Positions 43,280-57,100 of a stretch of 64,000 nucleotides of DNA are shown piece after piece. Location of the stretch: the NCBI GenBank assembly GCA_964016885.1, contig OZ024746.1, positions 24,986,001 through 25,050,000 on the forward strand, read 5' to 3'. The notes below the pieces were generated by a model. That model ran no database searches and had not been told where the DNA came from. It worked only from the letters and a program-made list of their open reading frames with translations. Made by a program: the position numbers and the translations under genes. Position 1 is the first letter of the stretch. Each line of letters opens with the position of its first letter. The stretch comes from Eledone cirrhosa. Lineage: Eukaryota.

Positions 43280-44348
43280 TAATGATAATAATGTGATGAT
43301 ACTGATAGTGATAATAATGATAATGGTGGCAGTGGTGGTGGTGATTGTGATAGTGGTGATGGTTGAGCTAGTGGTGATGGTTGAGCTAGTGATGATGGTT
43401 GAGCTAGTGGTGATGGTTGAGCTAGTGGTGATGGTTGAGCTAGTGGTGATGGTTGAGCTAGTGGTGATGGTTATGCTAGTGGTGATGGTTATGCTAGTGG
43501 TGATGGTTATGCTAGTGGTGATGGTTGTGATCGTTGAGCTAGTGGTGATGGTTGTGATGATTGAGCTAGTGGTGATGGTTGTGATGGTTGAGCTAGTGGT
43601 GATCGTTAAGCTAGTGGTGATGGTTGAGCTAGTGGTGATGGTTGTGATAGTGGTGATGGTTGTGATAGTGGTGATGGTTGTGATAGTGGTGATGGTTGTG
43701 ATAGTGGTGATGGTTGTGATAGTGGTGATGGTTGTGATAGTGGTGATGGTTGTGATAGTGGTGATGGTTGTGATAGTGGTGATGGTTGTGATAGTGGTGA
43801 TGGTTGAGCTAGTGGTGATGGTTGAGCTAGTGGTGATGGTTGAGCTAGTGGTGATGGTTGTGATAGTGGTGATGGTTGTGATAGTGGTGATGGTTGTGAT
43901 AGTGGTGATGGTTGTGCTAGTGGTGATGGTTGTGCTAGTGGTGATGGTTGAGCTAGTGGTGATGGTTGTGATAGTGGTGATGGTTGTGCTAGTGGCGATA
44001 GTTGAGCTAGTGGTGATGGTTGAGCTAGTGGTGATGGTTGAGCTAGTGGTGATGGTTGAGCTAGTGGTGATGGTTGAGCTAGTGGTGATGGTTGTGATAG
44101 CAATGATGGTGGTGATAGCAATGATGGTAGTGATAGCAATGATGGTTGTGATAGCAATGATGGTGGTGATAGCAATGATGGTGGTGATAGCAATGATGGT
44201 AGTGATAGCAATGATGGTAGTGATAGCAATGATGGTAGTGATAGCAACGATGGTGGTGATAGCAACGATGGTGGTGATAATGATGATAGTGATGATGATG
44301 GTGATAGTGATGATGGTGGTGACAATAATGATAGTGATGATGGTAGTG
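43280..44348. repeat. 18-bp-unit minisatellite (gctagtggtgatggttga / gatagtggtgatggttgt / gatagcaatgatggtggt)
   Basis: Direct inspection; variant units are arranged in blocks. Confidence 0.95.
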
Positions 44349-44876
44349 CCCATCATTAGAATATAGTCAAGTATATAGGAAAAGGAGAAAGAAATAATGC
44401 ACTGATTAAGTGTATCAACAAAAGTGGAGCAAAAATACCTAGGGAATTACTTTGCATGAAGTGTACAGATAGAGTTTCACTGTTTAAATATAACATACAG
44501 CCCACACTGGAAGGTAGAAATGCAGCTATCATGATGAAATGCACCCAGCTCACACTAACAAGTGGAAGTGCTGCCATCATGATAAAATGAACCCAGCTTT
44601 CACAGGAAAGTGGAAGTGTTGGTGTCATGATAAAATGCATCCAGCCTGCATGAGAAAACAAACACGGTACATGCCATGAAGCGATTGGCATTAGGAAGGG
44701 CATCCAGTCATAGAAACCATGACAAAATGGAATATATAATAAGCAAGACGCAGTCATTTGATCTACCTGTCTAGACACACAATATAACAACCCATCTAAA
44801 TCATACAAGCATGAAAAATAGACATAAAACAGTGATCATGATTATATATATATAAAACCCATAGAGCAAATATTTA

Positions 44877-45001
44877 TTATTAGTACAGATTAAGGTTTCA
44901 GCAAAGAATTGCTGCTTTTACCCTATAACGGGATCTTCAAAAGATCCCGTAATAGGGTGAAAGTAGCGATTCTTTGCTTAAACCTTAATCTGTACTAATA
45001 A
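44877..45001. repeat. Palindrome, 61-bp arms, about 5 mismatches, 3-nt loop
   Basis: Centre ggatctt-caa-aagatcc; the arm sequence also occurs at ~1982-2040 and ~7630-7690. Confidence 0.9.
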
Positions 45002-46225
45002 AATATGTATATGTATGAAATGATCAATAACCTATTTATTAGTTCATTTATTAATGAATTAATATTGCAATAATGAGGCTTATTGGATTTGGGATTTAGA
45101 TTAAAGATTGTTAAGAAAACATTTTGATCTGTTATGATAAACTAAAGACTAACAACTGAAATGTTTTAATAATTAATTAGTTATTATATGAAACTTTATT
45201 ATGGTGATTGAATTATTTTTTCTCATAAGGAGTGTAATTAATTAATTAACCCTCACTGAACAGCATTGCTGATAATGACATTGATATTGCAAAGAACATA
45301 CGAAAGATAAAGTGAGAGAGTGATATATATATTTACTTGTTAGACAACAAGACAAATAGACTGTAATAAATACTAAGGCCTTCCCTGGGGAAGAATTCAC
45401 CACTCAGCACAAATTAGTTACTAGTGACATCAGAATAAGCACAAGACAGAACAAGGCACAGGAAAATATGGAGAGTTCAAATTTTCCTTTAATCCTCCCA
45501 GGGTTGATAAAATAAAATATCAGTAAAGGTGATGGATTGGCAGAATTGTTAGAGATGAGATGCCTTGCTGTATTTGTTGTGATGTTCTGAATTCAAATCT
45601 TACAGTGGGCTACTGGGGTGCCAGATTTAACCCTTTTATGACCTATTTCTAATGAAATACACTCGCTTTCAGTTAATTAAGGATTTTAAGGGATTTACTA
45701 AAGTTAATTACATCATTACTAAGACAGTAATTTAACATATGGTTCTTATATAAAATGAACAAATATTTATAGGTAAAGTTAGTTTATTTCAAAATACTCA
45801 AATATATTTTTATATAAAATTACATAAAAATAATAAAGAATTTAATATTAAGCCAAACATATAGAAAAAGAAAGGAGCATTGCAAAATTCTATAAAGGCT
45901 ATAAATGAGAGGGAAAGGGCAAGGATTATTAGGCAATGAAAGGAAGATTTGTATTTGGATAGGAACTCTTTAAATTGGATGTTTTGTTTCATTGAACCGG
46001 AACTGGCTTTTGGCTGGATTTATATTAAAAGGATTTATCAGTCACTGGGTGAACATCACTACTCTGTTGCAAAGATATGGATCTGGTTTTAAATTTGCGG
46101 TTTGAATATAACCTACTCCCACCTTCCCATCAGTGCTTGAGGCCCTGTAAAAGCTCATCCTGACTAAAAAAAAAAGAAAAAGAACAACAATGAAAAAAAG
46201 AGATGTCCAAGTGAAGTTTACTTAC

Positions 46226-46462
46226 CAATAAATGGATATCATCAATCGGCCGAACTTGAGGTTTTAAAGTTCTGCGAAAGAACTCCCCAAGGTTACGATA
46301 TGTCTTCAAGTCCTCTTCCTCTGCTTCTTCTATGTTGCAGCCAAACGCCCAGATGTATATCCGAAATACAGGTATCCGCATGAAAACAGGCAAATCTAGT
46401 TGGTTAACCTTCCCCCATAAGCGAGACAGCGACCGTAGAGGCATTTTTCGGTAAAGAGTTAC
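46226..46462 (-). CDS. PISD: Phosphatidylserine decarboxylase proenzyme, first visible coding exon (VTLYRKMPLRSLSRLWG...RPIDDIHLL)
   Basis: Acceptor ttttag|GTA and donor TTG|gtaagt; 237 nt, phase 0/0; translation matches the metazoan PISD segment 'SRxWG...YxNLxEFFRRxLKPxxRP'. Confidence 0.95.
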
Positions 46463-46583
46463 CTAAAATGTGAAGAAAACACAATTATAATCAATGGATT
46501 TCTTAAATAAAACAAAACAATGTGTGTGTGTGTGTGTATGTGAAGGTGCATGTGTGTGTGTGTGTGTGTGTGTGTTTTTGTGA

Positions 46584-46882
46584 AGGTGTGTGGCTTACAG
46601 TGTTTGGCTCCCAATTGTAAAGCCCTGAGTGGCACATTGTGCCCTTGAGCAAGAAACTTGATTTCACAGTTCACTCAGCCAGGAAAAAAAATGAGCTGCC
46701 CCTATAATTCAAAGGGTAAACATTGCCACAAACTGTATTATGCTGAATTTCCCAGAAAATTACATTAAGGGTACACGTGACTGTGGAATGCTCAGTCACT
46801 GGCATGTTATTTTTACAAGAGGCTGTTTCTTTGTTCAAACAAGCGGGACATTAATTGTCAGAGCCAACAGAGGTCCAATACA
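46584..46882 (+). mobile_element. Degenerate tRNA-derived SINE (family C; minus-strand copy ~55575-55845)
   Basis: Head plus ccttgagcaag domain; the tail differs from family A and is shared with the 55.6-55.8 kb copy. Confidence 0.55.
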
Positions 46883-46884
46883 CA

Positions 46885-46943
<59 letters not shown>

Positions 46944-48460
46944 ATGAATGTGTGTAAATGAGTGTGCATGTGTGAGCGTATGAGTATGTGTGTATTTATT
47001 GTATATAGGTATGGATTCATTTGTATAGTTAATGATTTTTTTAATGGAAAAAACCCCATTAAATTATCAATATCACAAAGATGACAAAGGAAGACTATGT
47101 GGAGAGATGCTGTGTGAAAAAAAAAACTGTCTAACACATGTAAGAATGGAAAAATGGATCTGATGGCGATTTTATAATTGCTTAACGATCCAGTCAAGAT
47201 AGGATGGCAAATATAGTTTTTGTCTGGTTAACCCTAAAAACCATCACACCATATTTCACTTGACCCTCCCAAGAATTGTAACACTTTGGCACCCCCTTTC
47301 TTGGCCATCTTTACTCTATAGTCATCAGCTTATACAATGGTTTAAGCTAGTTCCATTGTATCTATATCAACAGCCTGAGAAGGTTTTCAAATGTCAGATC
47401 TGACCAAGGAAGAAACTCTTGTTTCCATTGGTCTTTCCATTGTTGATAGTATCTGTTGACAGAAGAAAGGAGCTGATTGTTGATAGTACCCCTGACAGAA
47501 GAAAGGAGCTGTACCCCTGATAGTACCCCTGACAGAAGAAAGGAGCTGATTGTTAGATCAGACCGAGGAAGCTGTGTTTCCATTGGTAATAGTATCTGCT
47601 GGTTACAACTCCTGGGAGAAGAATCACAGCTTTTCCAGTGACATGAGACAGAATTTGAACTCAGAATATACAGATCTGGAATAGAGAGTGTTCGATACTT
47701 TAGCAATTATACCAATCAATTACCCCTGGACTGGTTCTATATTTATTGACCCCCAGAAGGATGAAAGGCAAAGTTAACCTGGTCAGGATATGAACTGAAA
47801 GTGCTGTGAGTTAGAACAAATACAGAGACATTTAATTTGATGCTCCAACAACTCTGACAAAATAGAAAATAAAAAACAAAGGTGTGCGCGTGTATGTATA
47901 TACAGATGTCTGTACATCTCTCCCAACACATACAGATATACAGACTGGAGTTGAATCAATGGACCATATTTGGAAGTTGTGTGAATAAATGTCTATACTT
48001 ACACACACAGGCACACACATACACCCACACAAAGACATATACACAGTCATTCAGAGACACAAACATATACAGAGACACAAACATACACACAATCTTATAC
48101 AATGAACGATACTTGGATGCAAGCCATTTTATTGTTTGATGGTACTTTGAGTTCAAATCAATCTGAGAGTCACACATTACACACATACAAATGTGTATTA
48201 ACACACACACACTCAATGTCTGTGTATGTGTGAGAGAGAGAGAACAGTTATGCAGGGAAAAAAACAGCCAGGGTGATGTTAAGTGTGTGTGTGTGTATAT
48301 GCATATATATATGTGTATATATATATACGCGAGAGAGAGAGAGAAAGAGAAAGGCGGGGAAGAGAGAGAGACAGAGGGAAAGAGAGAAATGGAGAGACAT
48401 GTACAGATATAGACATATATGATAAAAGTACAAATGTATGTAGAAAGGAACAGTAACATG

Positions 48461-48496
<36 letters not shown>

Positions 48497-49629
48497 ACAC
48501 ATACTTGCTGAGAATCAATTTGTTTTTCATCAGCATCAAAGAGCAGAAATATATTGAGATTCTCCATACCCACACACCAACTCACAAATCATTTAATATA
48601 CATTAAGTTCAGACATAAACAGTAGAAAATAAATAGAAAAACTGTCATCACCTATGCACTACTGCCACTACAATGATTTATCCTTACGGGGTCAATAAAA
48701 TAAAGTACCAGTCACGCACTGGGTCGATTTAATCGACTTTCCCCTCCCCGCAAATTACTGGCCTGGTGCCTATATAAGAAATCATTATTATTATTTTTTA
48801 TTATACTGTTAAAAAACAATAGATTGTAAATATTATGGTGGATTGGTAGTATCGGTAGAGGCTCGGACAACATATATATCATCATCACCGTTTTACGTCC
48901 GTTCTTCCACGCTAGCATGGGTTAGACGAGTTGTCCTGTTGTGGGCAGTGTCCGGTCGGCTGACCATGCCTTGCTCATACGGGAACTGATTCTGGCTTGA
49001 TTTCTACAGCTGGATACCCTTCCTAACACCAACCTCCTTTAGAGTGAGTGCTGGGTGCTTTTTTTCCGTGGCGCCTACACGTCCACTATACAGTGTGGGC
49101 TGGGTGCTTTTTTGTCGTGGCACCTCCACAACCACTTTGCAGTGGAATGGTAGGGACCCCAGTCCCTATCATCTCATTTCTACATTGTTTACTGCAGTTG
49201 TCAACTATGTGTAAACAAAATAAAACTGCACCATATGTTCACAATATACATTATACATTACTACAACCTCGACTGGTGCAAAAAATTGTATTTGGGTAGG
49301 ATATCAGTGGTGCAGCAAGAGGACCCACTTCCTTTCGACATAAGGTGAATCTCATACTTCATTGAAAGGGAAAAGGTCTCAAGTGCATCAAAAAAATGAA
49401 AATCTAAAATCCAGAACAGTTCTGTGTTTTGTTCTGCACTTTAAAAATAAAAACACAAAGAAAGCACAAGCCGTAAGTAGAAGTGTGTAGCAGGCACTAA
49501 TATATTTTCAAAATCGTACTTGTGCTTAAAATGAGAGCTTAAGTGTAACATGGGAAGATGGCTTAGCTAGGTTAGTTTATCTTAGATTGATGTGTTCTTT
49601 GTTATGTTGAATTTTGCTTATGTACAAAG

Positions 49630-50050
49630 CGAAACCTACAGTCAGTAGGCACCTCTTAACCAAATATACACCCCAATCCATTACCCCTACCCTATCCTCC
49701 CACTAACACCACCCTCTCTCTGTAAAGCTGGTACCACAACATCCAGTCCAAATAAATGAGATAATGAGATCGAGATCGAGATTGTGTAGGTGTCACGACA
49801 AAAAAAAACAAAAAAACACACAGTCCACGCTGTAATGTGGCTGTGTAGGTAACACGGTAAAAAGTTCCCAGTTCCACACTGTAAATGTGGTTGGTGTTAG
49901 GAAGAGCATCCAGCTGTAGAAAACCTGCTAGATAGTCCTATATGAGCGAGGCACGGTCACCAATCCAACCTTGCCTCAAGTGGGACAACTCCCGTCTAAC
50001 CCATGCTAGCGTGGAAGATAGACGTTAAACGAAGATGATGATGATGATGA
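49630..50050 (+). mobile_element. Solo 3'UTR of the RTE LINE
   Basis: Colinear with 2944-3326; ends in (GAT)n. Confidence 0.8.
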
Positions 50051-51210
50051 CTTGTGGGTTCCCACCTAAAAGTGGGTAAGTAACTCTAAATGCTTCTCAT
50101 GTTTTATATTATATCTTGTGTTAATTATTGTTTTATAATAATCTTATATATATTTCATATTTTATTAAATTAATCAGTCTATTATATAATGTCCTTGTCC
50201 CCTACCCACATATATAACTTTATCTGTTCAGCCCCACATGCATTGTGACCCCTATGTTAATAATATTTACTGTATTTCATGTGCAAGCCCTTGTTAATAA
50301 AGAAATCATTATTAGAGCATTGGGCAATACTTTGCAGCTTTGCTCCAGCTCTTTACATTCTGAGTTCAAATACTACTGAGGTCAACTTTGCCTTTCATCC
50401 TTCCATGGTCAATAAAATAAAGTATCTGTCATGTACTGGGATCGATATAATTGGCTTACCCCTTCCCTCAAATTGCTGGCCTTGTGCCCAAATTAGAAAT
50501 CACTGCTACTCTACTACTACCACTACTACTGCTTAAGTAAAAAGAGAAAGAAAACTAGGTTGTGAGATAAGTAAAACTACTTATTGGGAAATTACTGTAA
50601 AAGTATTTTACTGAAGAGGTCTGTTTTAATTCTTTATTCATAGGACATCAATAGTGCAGGCATGGCTGTGAGGTCAAGGATTTTGATATGCAACCAACAT
50701 GGTTTCAGGTTCAGTCCCACTGCTTGGCATTGTTGTATCATAGAACCAGGAATGATTTCAGGCAGTTTGGTATCAAAATGGTTTAAAAGATAGTTGTTCA
50801 GAGTGGAAGTTATTTATGTGACAACAAAATCCACCTGGATTACAGTTTGGATTTGAAGTAGAGAGAAAACAAATGTAATTATTCTAATGCATTTTTTAGT
50901 CCAGCGACTAAGTCTATTGTCTTGGCCATTTTTCAACATAATGAAGTATAGAGAGAGGACACAATGGGAAGTGAGGACAGAGGAAGTAGAAGTGGAGAGG
51001 AAGAGAAGTGAAGGGTGGAGTGAGAGACATGGTGAGCAAATGAGGGTTAAAGAGAGACATAGAAAGAAGAAACAGAGACCAAAAGCGAGATACTATGTGT
51101 GTGTGTGTGTGTGTGTATGTGTGTGTGTGTGTGTGTTGAGAGAAAGAAACAGCGCATGATAGAGACAGAGTCACACACATATATATAGGCTTCTTTTTCT
51201 ATCTCAGTAT

Positions 51211-51300
<90 letters not shown>

Positions 51301-51419
51301 AGAGAGAGAAAGAAAGAGAAAGAGAGAGAGAAAGCTACTGGACAAAGAAGACAAGATTGCCAGTTGTGGAATTAAAGTGGATGTTATCTAGCCTATGTCA
51401 GCATGGAAGAACAGACATT

Positions 51420-51670
51420 AAATAATAATAATAATGATGTTGATGGTGGTAATGGTGGTGATGATGATAGTAGTGATGGTGGTGTTGGTGGCAGTGGTAA
51501 TGATGATGACAATGAAGGTGATAGTGATGATGATGATAACGGTGGTGACAGTGGTGGTGGTAAAGATGGTAATAGTGGAGGTGATGATAATAATTGTGGT
51601 GATGGTGGTGGTGGTGATGGTAATAGTTGTGGTGATGATTGTAGTAGTGATGGCAATAATGATGGTGATT
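51420..51670. repeat. Degenerate (GGT/GAT)n repeat
   Basis: Direct inspection. Confidence 0.88.
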
Positions 51671-51940
51671 GTCGATTGTCAAAAAATGTGTGAAGTATTA
51701 AACCCAATCCATAGAATCCTTTTGATACATAGTCAAGCCATATACATACATACGTATGTATATATGTAGTAGACAACCGAGAGAAAAGAGAAATTTGATG
51801 ACCTTGTGAGAAACAGGTGAAACTCAAGAGTAACAAGATTCACTATTTAGCCTTAATAAAATGAATATATTTTATATACATATATATATATATATATATG
51901 GGAGGAGGTTATAGTTCACTTGAAGCATTGTGTAATGAGG

Positions 51941-52338
51941 TATAAACGTTAGAATATGTGTAATAAGGCCAAGACAATGCAGGTATGGACATAGAAAAAA
52001 AGAATGTAATAGTGAAAGATATTGATGTGAATTCGTCTTTCACCTTGAATTTATTTAAATGTCCTTAATTTTCGAGATAATATCTCTTCTTCGGAGGGAA
52101 GTAAAGGTCTCAGACCAGCGTCTTTAAATCTCTAATGAAGCCATGCTTCATTAGAGATTTAAAGACGCTGGTCTGAGACCTTTACTTCCCTCCGAAGAAG
52201 AGATATTATCTCGAAAATTAAGGACATTTAAATAAATTCAAGGTGAAAGACGAATTCACATCAATATCTTTCACTATTACATTCTTTTTTTCTATGTCCA
52301 TACCTGCATTGTCTTGGCCTTATTACACATATTCTAAC

Positions 52339-52345
<7 letters not shown>
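51941..52345. repeat. Perfect palindrome, 201-bp arms, 3-nt loop (cat 52142-52144)
   Basis: No mismatch found by eye; (TA)n lies directly on the right and 41 bp away on the left. Confidence 0.95.
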
Positions 52346-52374
<29 letters not shown>

Positions 52375-53110
52375 CAAGCTTCTGCAGTTCCATCCACCAA
52401 GTTTTACACACAAAGCATTGGCCAACACAAGGTTATTGTAGAATAAACTTGCCCAATGTGTTGTGCAGCAAGACTGAACCTAAGGTTACATGGTTATGAA
52501 GCAAACTTGTTAACCACACAGCCGTTCCGGCAATTTGTTAAAGTAACAATTAAAGCTGTAAACCGAGGAAAGAAGTTACAGCTTTTAATACAACTAGATT
52601 CCATTTATTGCTACCAGTTCTCAGAAATCTGCTGAGTCTCAAAGGATTCTCATAAAAGAATCTTTATAGAAATGCCATTACAGCTGTACATTAGAACCAG
52701 TATTCTGGGGAGGGAGGGAGAGGGAGGGAGGGAGGGGGGAGAGTAAGAGAGGAATAGAGATCTGAAAGGCTATGCAAGAGAGGGGGGGGGGGGAACCTTC
52801 CAGAGAGAAATATAAGAGAGAGATATAGGGATGAAGAAAAAAAAGAGGCCGATGTCAGAGAGAGAGAGAATGATAAGACAAGCAGGTTGGATCATCAGTT
52901 CTATAAAAGCTATTACAGAAATAGCTTCTTTCATTTGTCGAACATGCCTTGCATAGTGGAATGGTTTAGCTTACACATACACACATACATACATACCATA
53001 TATGCATACACACAAAGTGTGAGTGTGTGTATCAACATATATTAACATGCACATAATACATATTGATATATATGCACACATATATATTAGCACAAGGGTA
53101 ATACATTATA

Positions 53111-53169
<59 letters not shown>

Positions 53170-53409
53170 GTGTGTGCGTGCATCAATATATATTACAATG
53201 TACATCATACATGCTGATGTATACACATACACAGAGTAAAAAGGAGGAAAACATCCTACACACACACACACACACATATATATATACATATAATATACAA
53301 TTATTAATCTTATATATACTATCTTATAATACATACACACACACACCTGTGTGCGTGTATGCATATATATGTATGTGTATATGTATATATAGGAGCAGCT
53401 TCATATGCA

Positions 53410-53470
<61 letters not shown>

Positions 53471-53669
53471 CATGTATAAATTGAAGACATAGGAAGTCAT
53501 TGAAGGACAAAAGGTAGTGAATTATATTTATTTATTTACTTAATATTTTATTCTAATGGTTTGGTTTGGAACTAGGCTGATAGTTTGGTCCAGTAGAAAA
53601 ATTTCCTGTAGTATATATCATGGTATAAAATGTTATGATACGGTATACCATAGTATGATATGGTGTACC

Positions 53670-53785
53670 TAGGGCCGGTGCCAGGCAAAGTTAGATTTCA
53701 AAATGATTGATTTGGTGAAATGCGCCCCCTGAAATCAGTGCCCTACGTGGCTGCCTAGTTTACCTATATGCTGCCGCCGGACTTG
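53670..53785. mobile_element. hAT-like MITE in a degenerate (catrgtatac)-type array (53618-53920)
   Basis: TIR-like ends tagggccggtg / cgccggacttg; 8-bp TSD ggtgtacc / ggtgcacc. Confidence 0.65.
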
Positions 53786-54333
53786 GGTGCACCATAGTAC
53801 ACCAGTATACCATGTCATGCTATAGTATACCATGGTATGCGATATGTTGGACCATGTTATATGGTGTTCCATGGCATAGCATGGTACAGCATACTGTACC
53901 ATGGCATACTGTACCATGGGCTGATGAGAATCTCTAATGTTTCCAGCAAAACTATTAGAGTGAGTGTTTAAGAGTGATGTAGAAAGAGAGAGAGAGCGAG
54001 CATATTTGAAATGTTTAAGACAGCACTAAGAAAGGTGTGGGGGAGGTATGAGATATGAGGAGAAAGTAAAGGAAAAAATATAAGTAAAGAGTGGGAAATC
54101 AAGTGAAGGAAAGGGTGTTTAAAAAGTGGGCTGGGTGGAATCAGAGCATAAGTAAAGAAAGGGAAGGGATTATTTTTGTAAGGGAGTAACCAGTGATAAA
54201 TAGATATAAGGTCTTGGAATTTGTGTCAGTAGGTGCAATATATCATAACAAGGAGGAAAGATTATGAAAATATTACACCTAGTAATTTATATAACAGTGA
54301 ATGGGAAGTTGGCTCCTGGAAATATATAATGTA

Positions 54334-55171
54334 CTAGCAATGGTACCCGGCGTTGCACGTGATAAGGTATTTTGGAAGGCAGGCCGCCAACAGACCTAAT
54401 CGTGGAAAAACTGCATGCCTGGACAATATGTAAAGAAAATAAACCGAATACTCTGAAGACTGGATAATCTTTAAGATTTTCCTTGAGGAAGCAGGAAAAA
54501 TGCAGGTTTTCACCTAATGCGAGCCCTAGGAGATCAAAAAAATGAATTTTTTTTATGTGCATAATATGCCTTGAAATTTCGGGAAAATCGGCTAGACGTA
54601 ACGCCTCCAAAAAGCCCTAAAAAGCTGAAAAAATGAAGTTTTTCACCTAATGCGGGCCCTAGGCCATAAAAAAGTTGGATTTTCTTTGTTCACGGTATGA
54701 AGAAGAGACTGATTAATACATAGTTACAATTTCAAGGAAATCGGTCTGACGTAACGCCTCAAAAAACCCCTAAAAAGCTTAAAAAACGCAGTTTTTCACC
54801 TAATGCGGGCCCTAGGAGATAAGAAACATAAGTAATACACATGTAAAGTTTGAAAAAAATCGGTTGGGTACTTCTCGAGTTTTAGGGATTCAAACTCACA
54901 GACACACACACAGAGATAGACATCCAGATATTATAAGGGCGCGACGTTATATGTATGTATCTATCTAAAAAGAGAAAGACTAAGAATTATAGAGAGAGAT
55001 CGCCTAATGTGGTCCCTAGGGCATTGAAAATTTGAAATTTATTTTGCTCAGAACACTCCCTGAAACATAAGTATTACATGTGCAATGTTTGAAAACAGTC
55101 GGTTGGGTGGTTCTCGAGTTTTAGAGATTCAAACTCACACACACAGACATCCTCAGTTTTATATATATAGA
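54334..55171 (-). mobile_element. Complete non-autonomous Helitron
   Basis: Minus strand A|TCTATATATATAAAAC...CACGTGCAACGCCGGG-taccattg-CTAG|T; no TSD; internal tandem duplications. Confidence 0.82.
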
Positions 55172-57100
55172 TGGAAGTGAGGTGAGAAGAAGTGAGAGAG
55201 AGAAGTGTGAAAGAGAAGAGGAAAGAAGTGTGTGAGAGAGAGAAGAGGAAAAAGAGAGAAAGAATATGGAAAAAATAAAATGACCAATTTTGGAACTGAA
55301 AAACTAGTTCTGGGGAAAATAAAAGCTGATCAGTAAATCAAACCAAGGAAACCATGTTTCCGTTGGTCTTTCCAGCTAGTTGTACAATCCCCATCTTCTG
55401 GCAAAAGTGTTACCATTTCTCCAGTGACAGCAAGCAGGTCTTGAACTCAGAACACACAGAGCCTGAACAAATACAGGGGCATTTAAACCAACACCCTAAC
55501 AACTGCCAATTTGGTACCTACTGGAGAGAGGAAAAAGCCTTTCTAAAACCTGTGATATTAAATGAATAGGTACAACTACAAGTGTGTTGGACCTCTGTTG
55601 TTTCTGACAACACACGTGTCAGATGTTTTGATCGACAGAACAGTCTGCTTGAGAAATTCATGTGCAAGTGGCCGAGCATTACAGCCATGAACTCTTAACA
55701 CAAGATTCAGCGTGAAAGTGTGCGAGATAAGGTACAACTCATTTTTTTCCAGCTGAGTGAACTGGAGCGATGTGAAGTAAAATATCTTGCAGGCAATTGA
55801 ATTCACAATCATGAGCTGAATACCCTAACCACTAAGCCACATCTCTTCCCTAAAAGTATCTATTAGTGAACAAATATGGAAGGTATTATTAGCTTAGAAA
55901 CAATGCCAATTATGGAAGGTCTAGTCTTGGGCTATAATAACTCATGCAACCCATGCCAATATGGAAAATGGACATGAAATGATAATGATGATAAAGAACA
56001 ACGTCAAATAGAAAGAATCTTATTAAAATATATAAAATTTTGAGGGTGTGAGCTTTGACAACAACATAAGCCTGAGCTCCCTATAATTAAAACACCTGAA
56101 AAAAACTCCCAATGAGATGCAACCTGGTAGCTAAACCTCCACAGCTACAAGCTATATATTTCAATTAATTTTCAAATTTCTAGGTTGAATTGGTTTTTTG
56201 ATCCTCCAAAGTACAATAAATAAAATAAATACTCGTCAAAGATCTAGAGTTAATAATAGTTAATTATGCCCTTGAAGTTTGTACCCATGCATGGGCACAG
56301 TTCATTAATTAAAACCAATAAAAGATTAAAAGAATTCTATAATGGGTGACATGAACATCACTTCCAGTATGCAACACTGCTTCATTGCTTCTCTTTATCT
56401 AATTTTTAAATGACCAAAATTAATCGGAACCAGCACACGACATAAGCAGCACAGAGCCAGTTTTAATCAGGAGATTGAGAGACACCTCCACAGTGAAACC
56501 CCCCCCAACAAAAAAACAACAAAAAAACTGCCTTGTAATTGAATATTCACACATGGAAAAATCCAGAAACCTAATATTATAATTAACTGAATTGGAGATA
56601 CTAAGTCTATCAGTCATGCAAAGGGATTGGAATCATGGGTTTAATATTACAGAATAATGATAATAATAATGGTAATCATGAATACCGCCAATTTTTCCAT
56701 TGATCTGCCGACTGAAATTATTGTAATCCAGATAAAAGAATTTCCTGTGAGAAATGAACTACAGCCATATGCTAGATTTGTTAATTGGTAAGATGTTTAC
56801 ACTGGTTCGATGACAGCTATATCACATTTGGCCCATATAAAGACAGTCACTTTCTTGCTTACCCAATCAATAGTGAGATTACCATACAGTCGCAAGAATG
56901 TTGATATTTCTTCAAGATCTCAAAGTTCTGAATTCAAATCCTACCGTGGTCCACATCGCTTTTCATACTTTCGGGACTGATAAAGGAAATACAAGCCCAG
57001 TACAATGAAATATATCAGAAAAAGAGTCTTAATGTTTTGGGTGCTAGTCTTTCATCAAAAGATAGAGGAGAGTGAGAAGGAGAAACAGCATGTGTGTGGA

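Noticed and set aside
43340-44260. CRISPR-like periodicity
   Set aside because: Pure tandem units without unique spacers, no cas genes, and a eukaryotic context.
43115-44366. Mucin-like TITTSS and Val/Met-rich ORFs
   Set aside because: Products of an 18-bp minisatellite running into a SINE; no splice or domain support.
51393-51836. His-, Pro- or Asp/Gly-rich ORFs (also 11772-12107 and 40387-40693)
   Set aside because: Degenerate trinucleotide repeats open in several frames.
56862-56915. Candidate upstream PISD exon ending IDW|gtaagc
   Set aside because: In-frame stop just upstream, no good acceptor, and it adjoins a SINE remnant.
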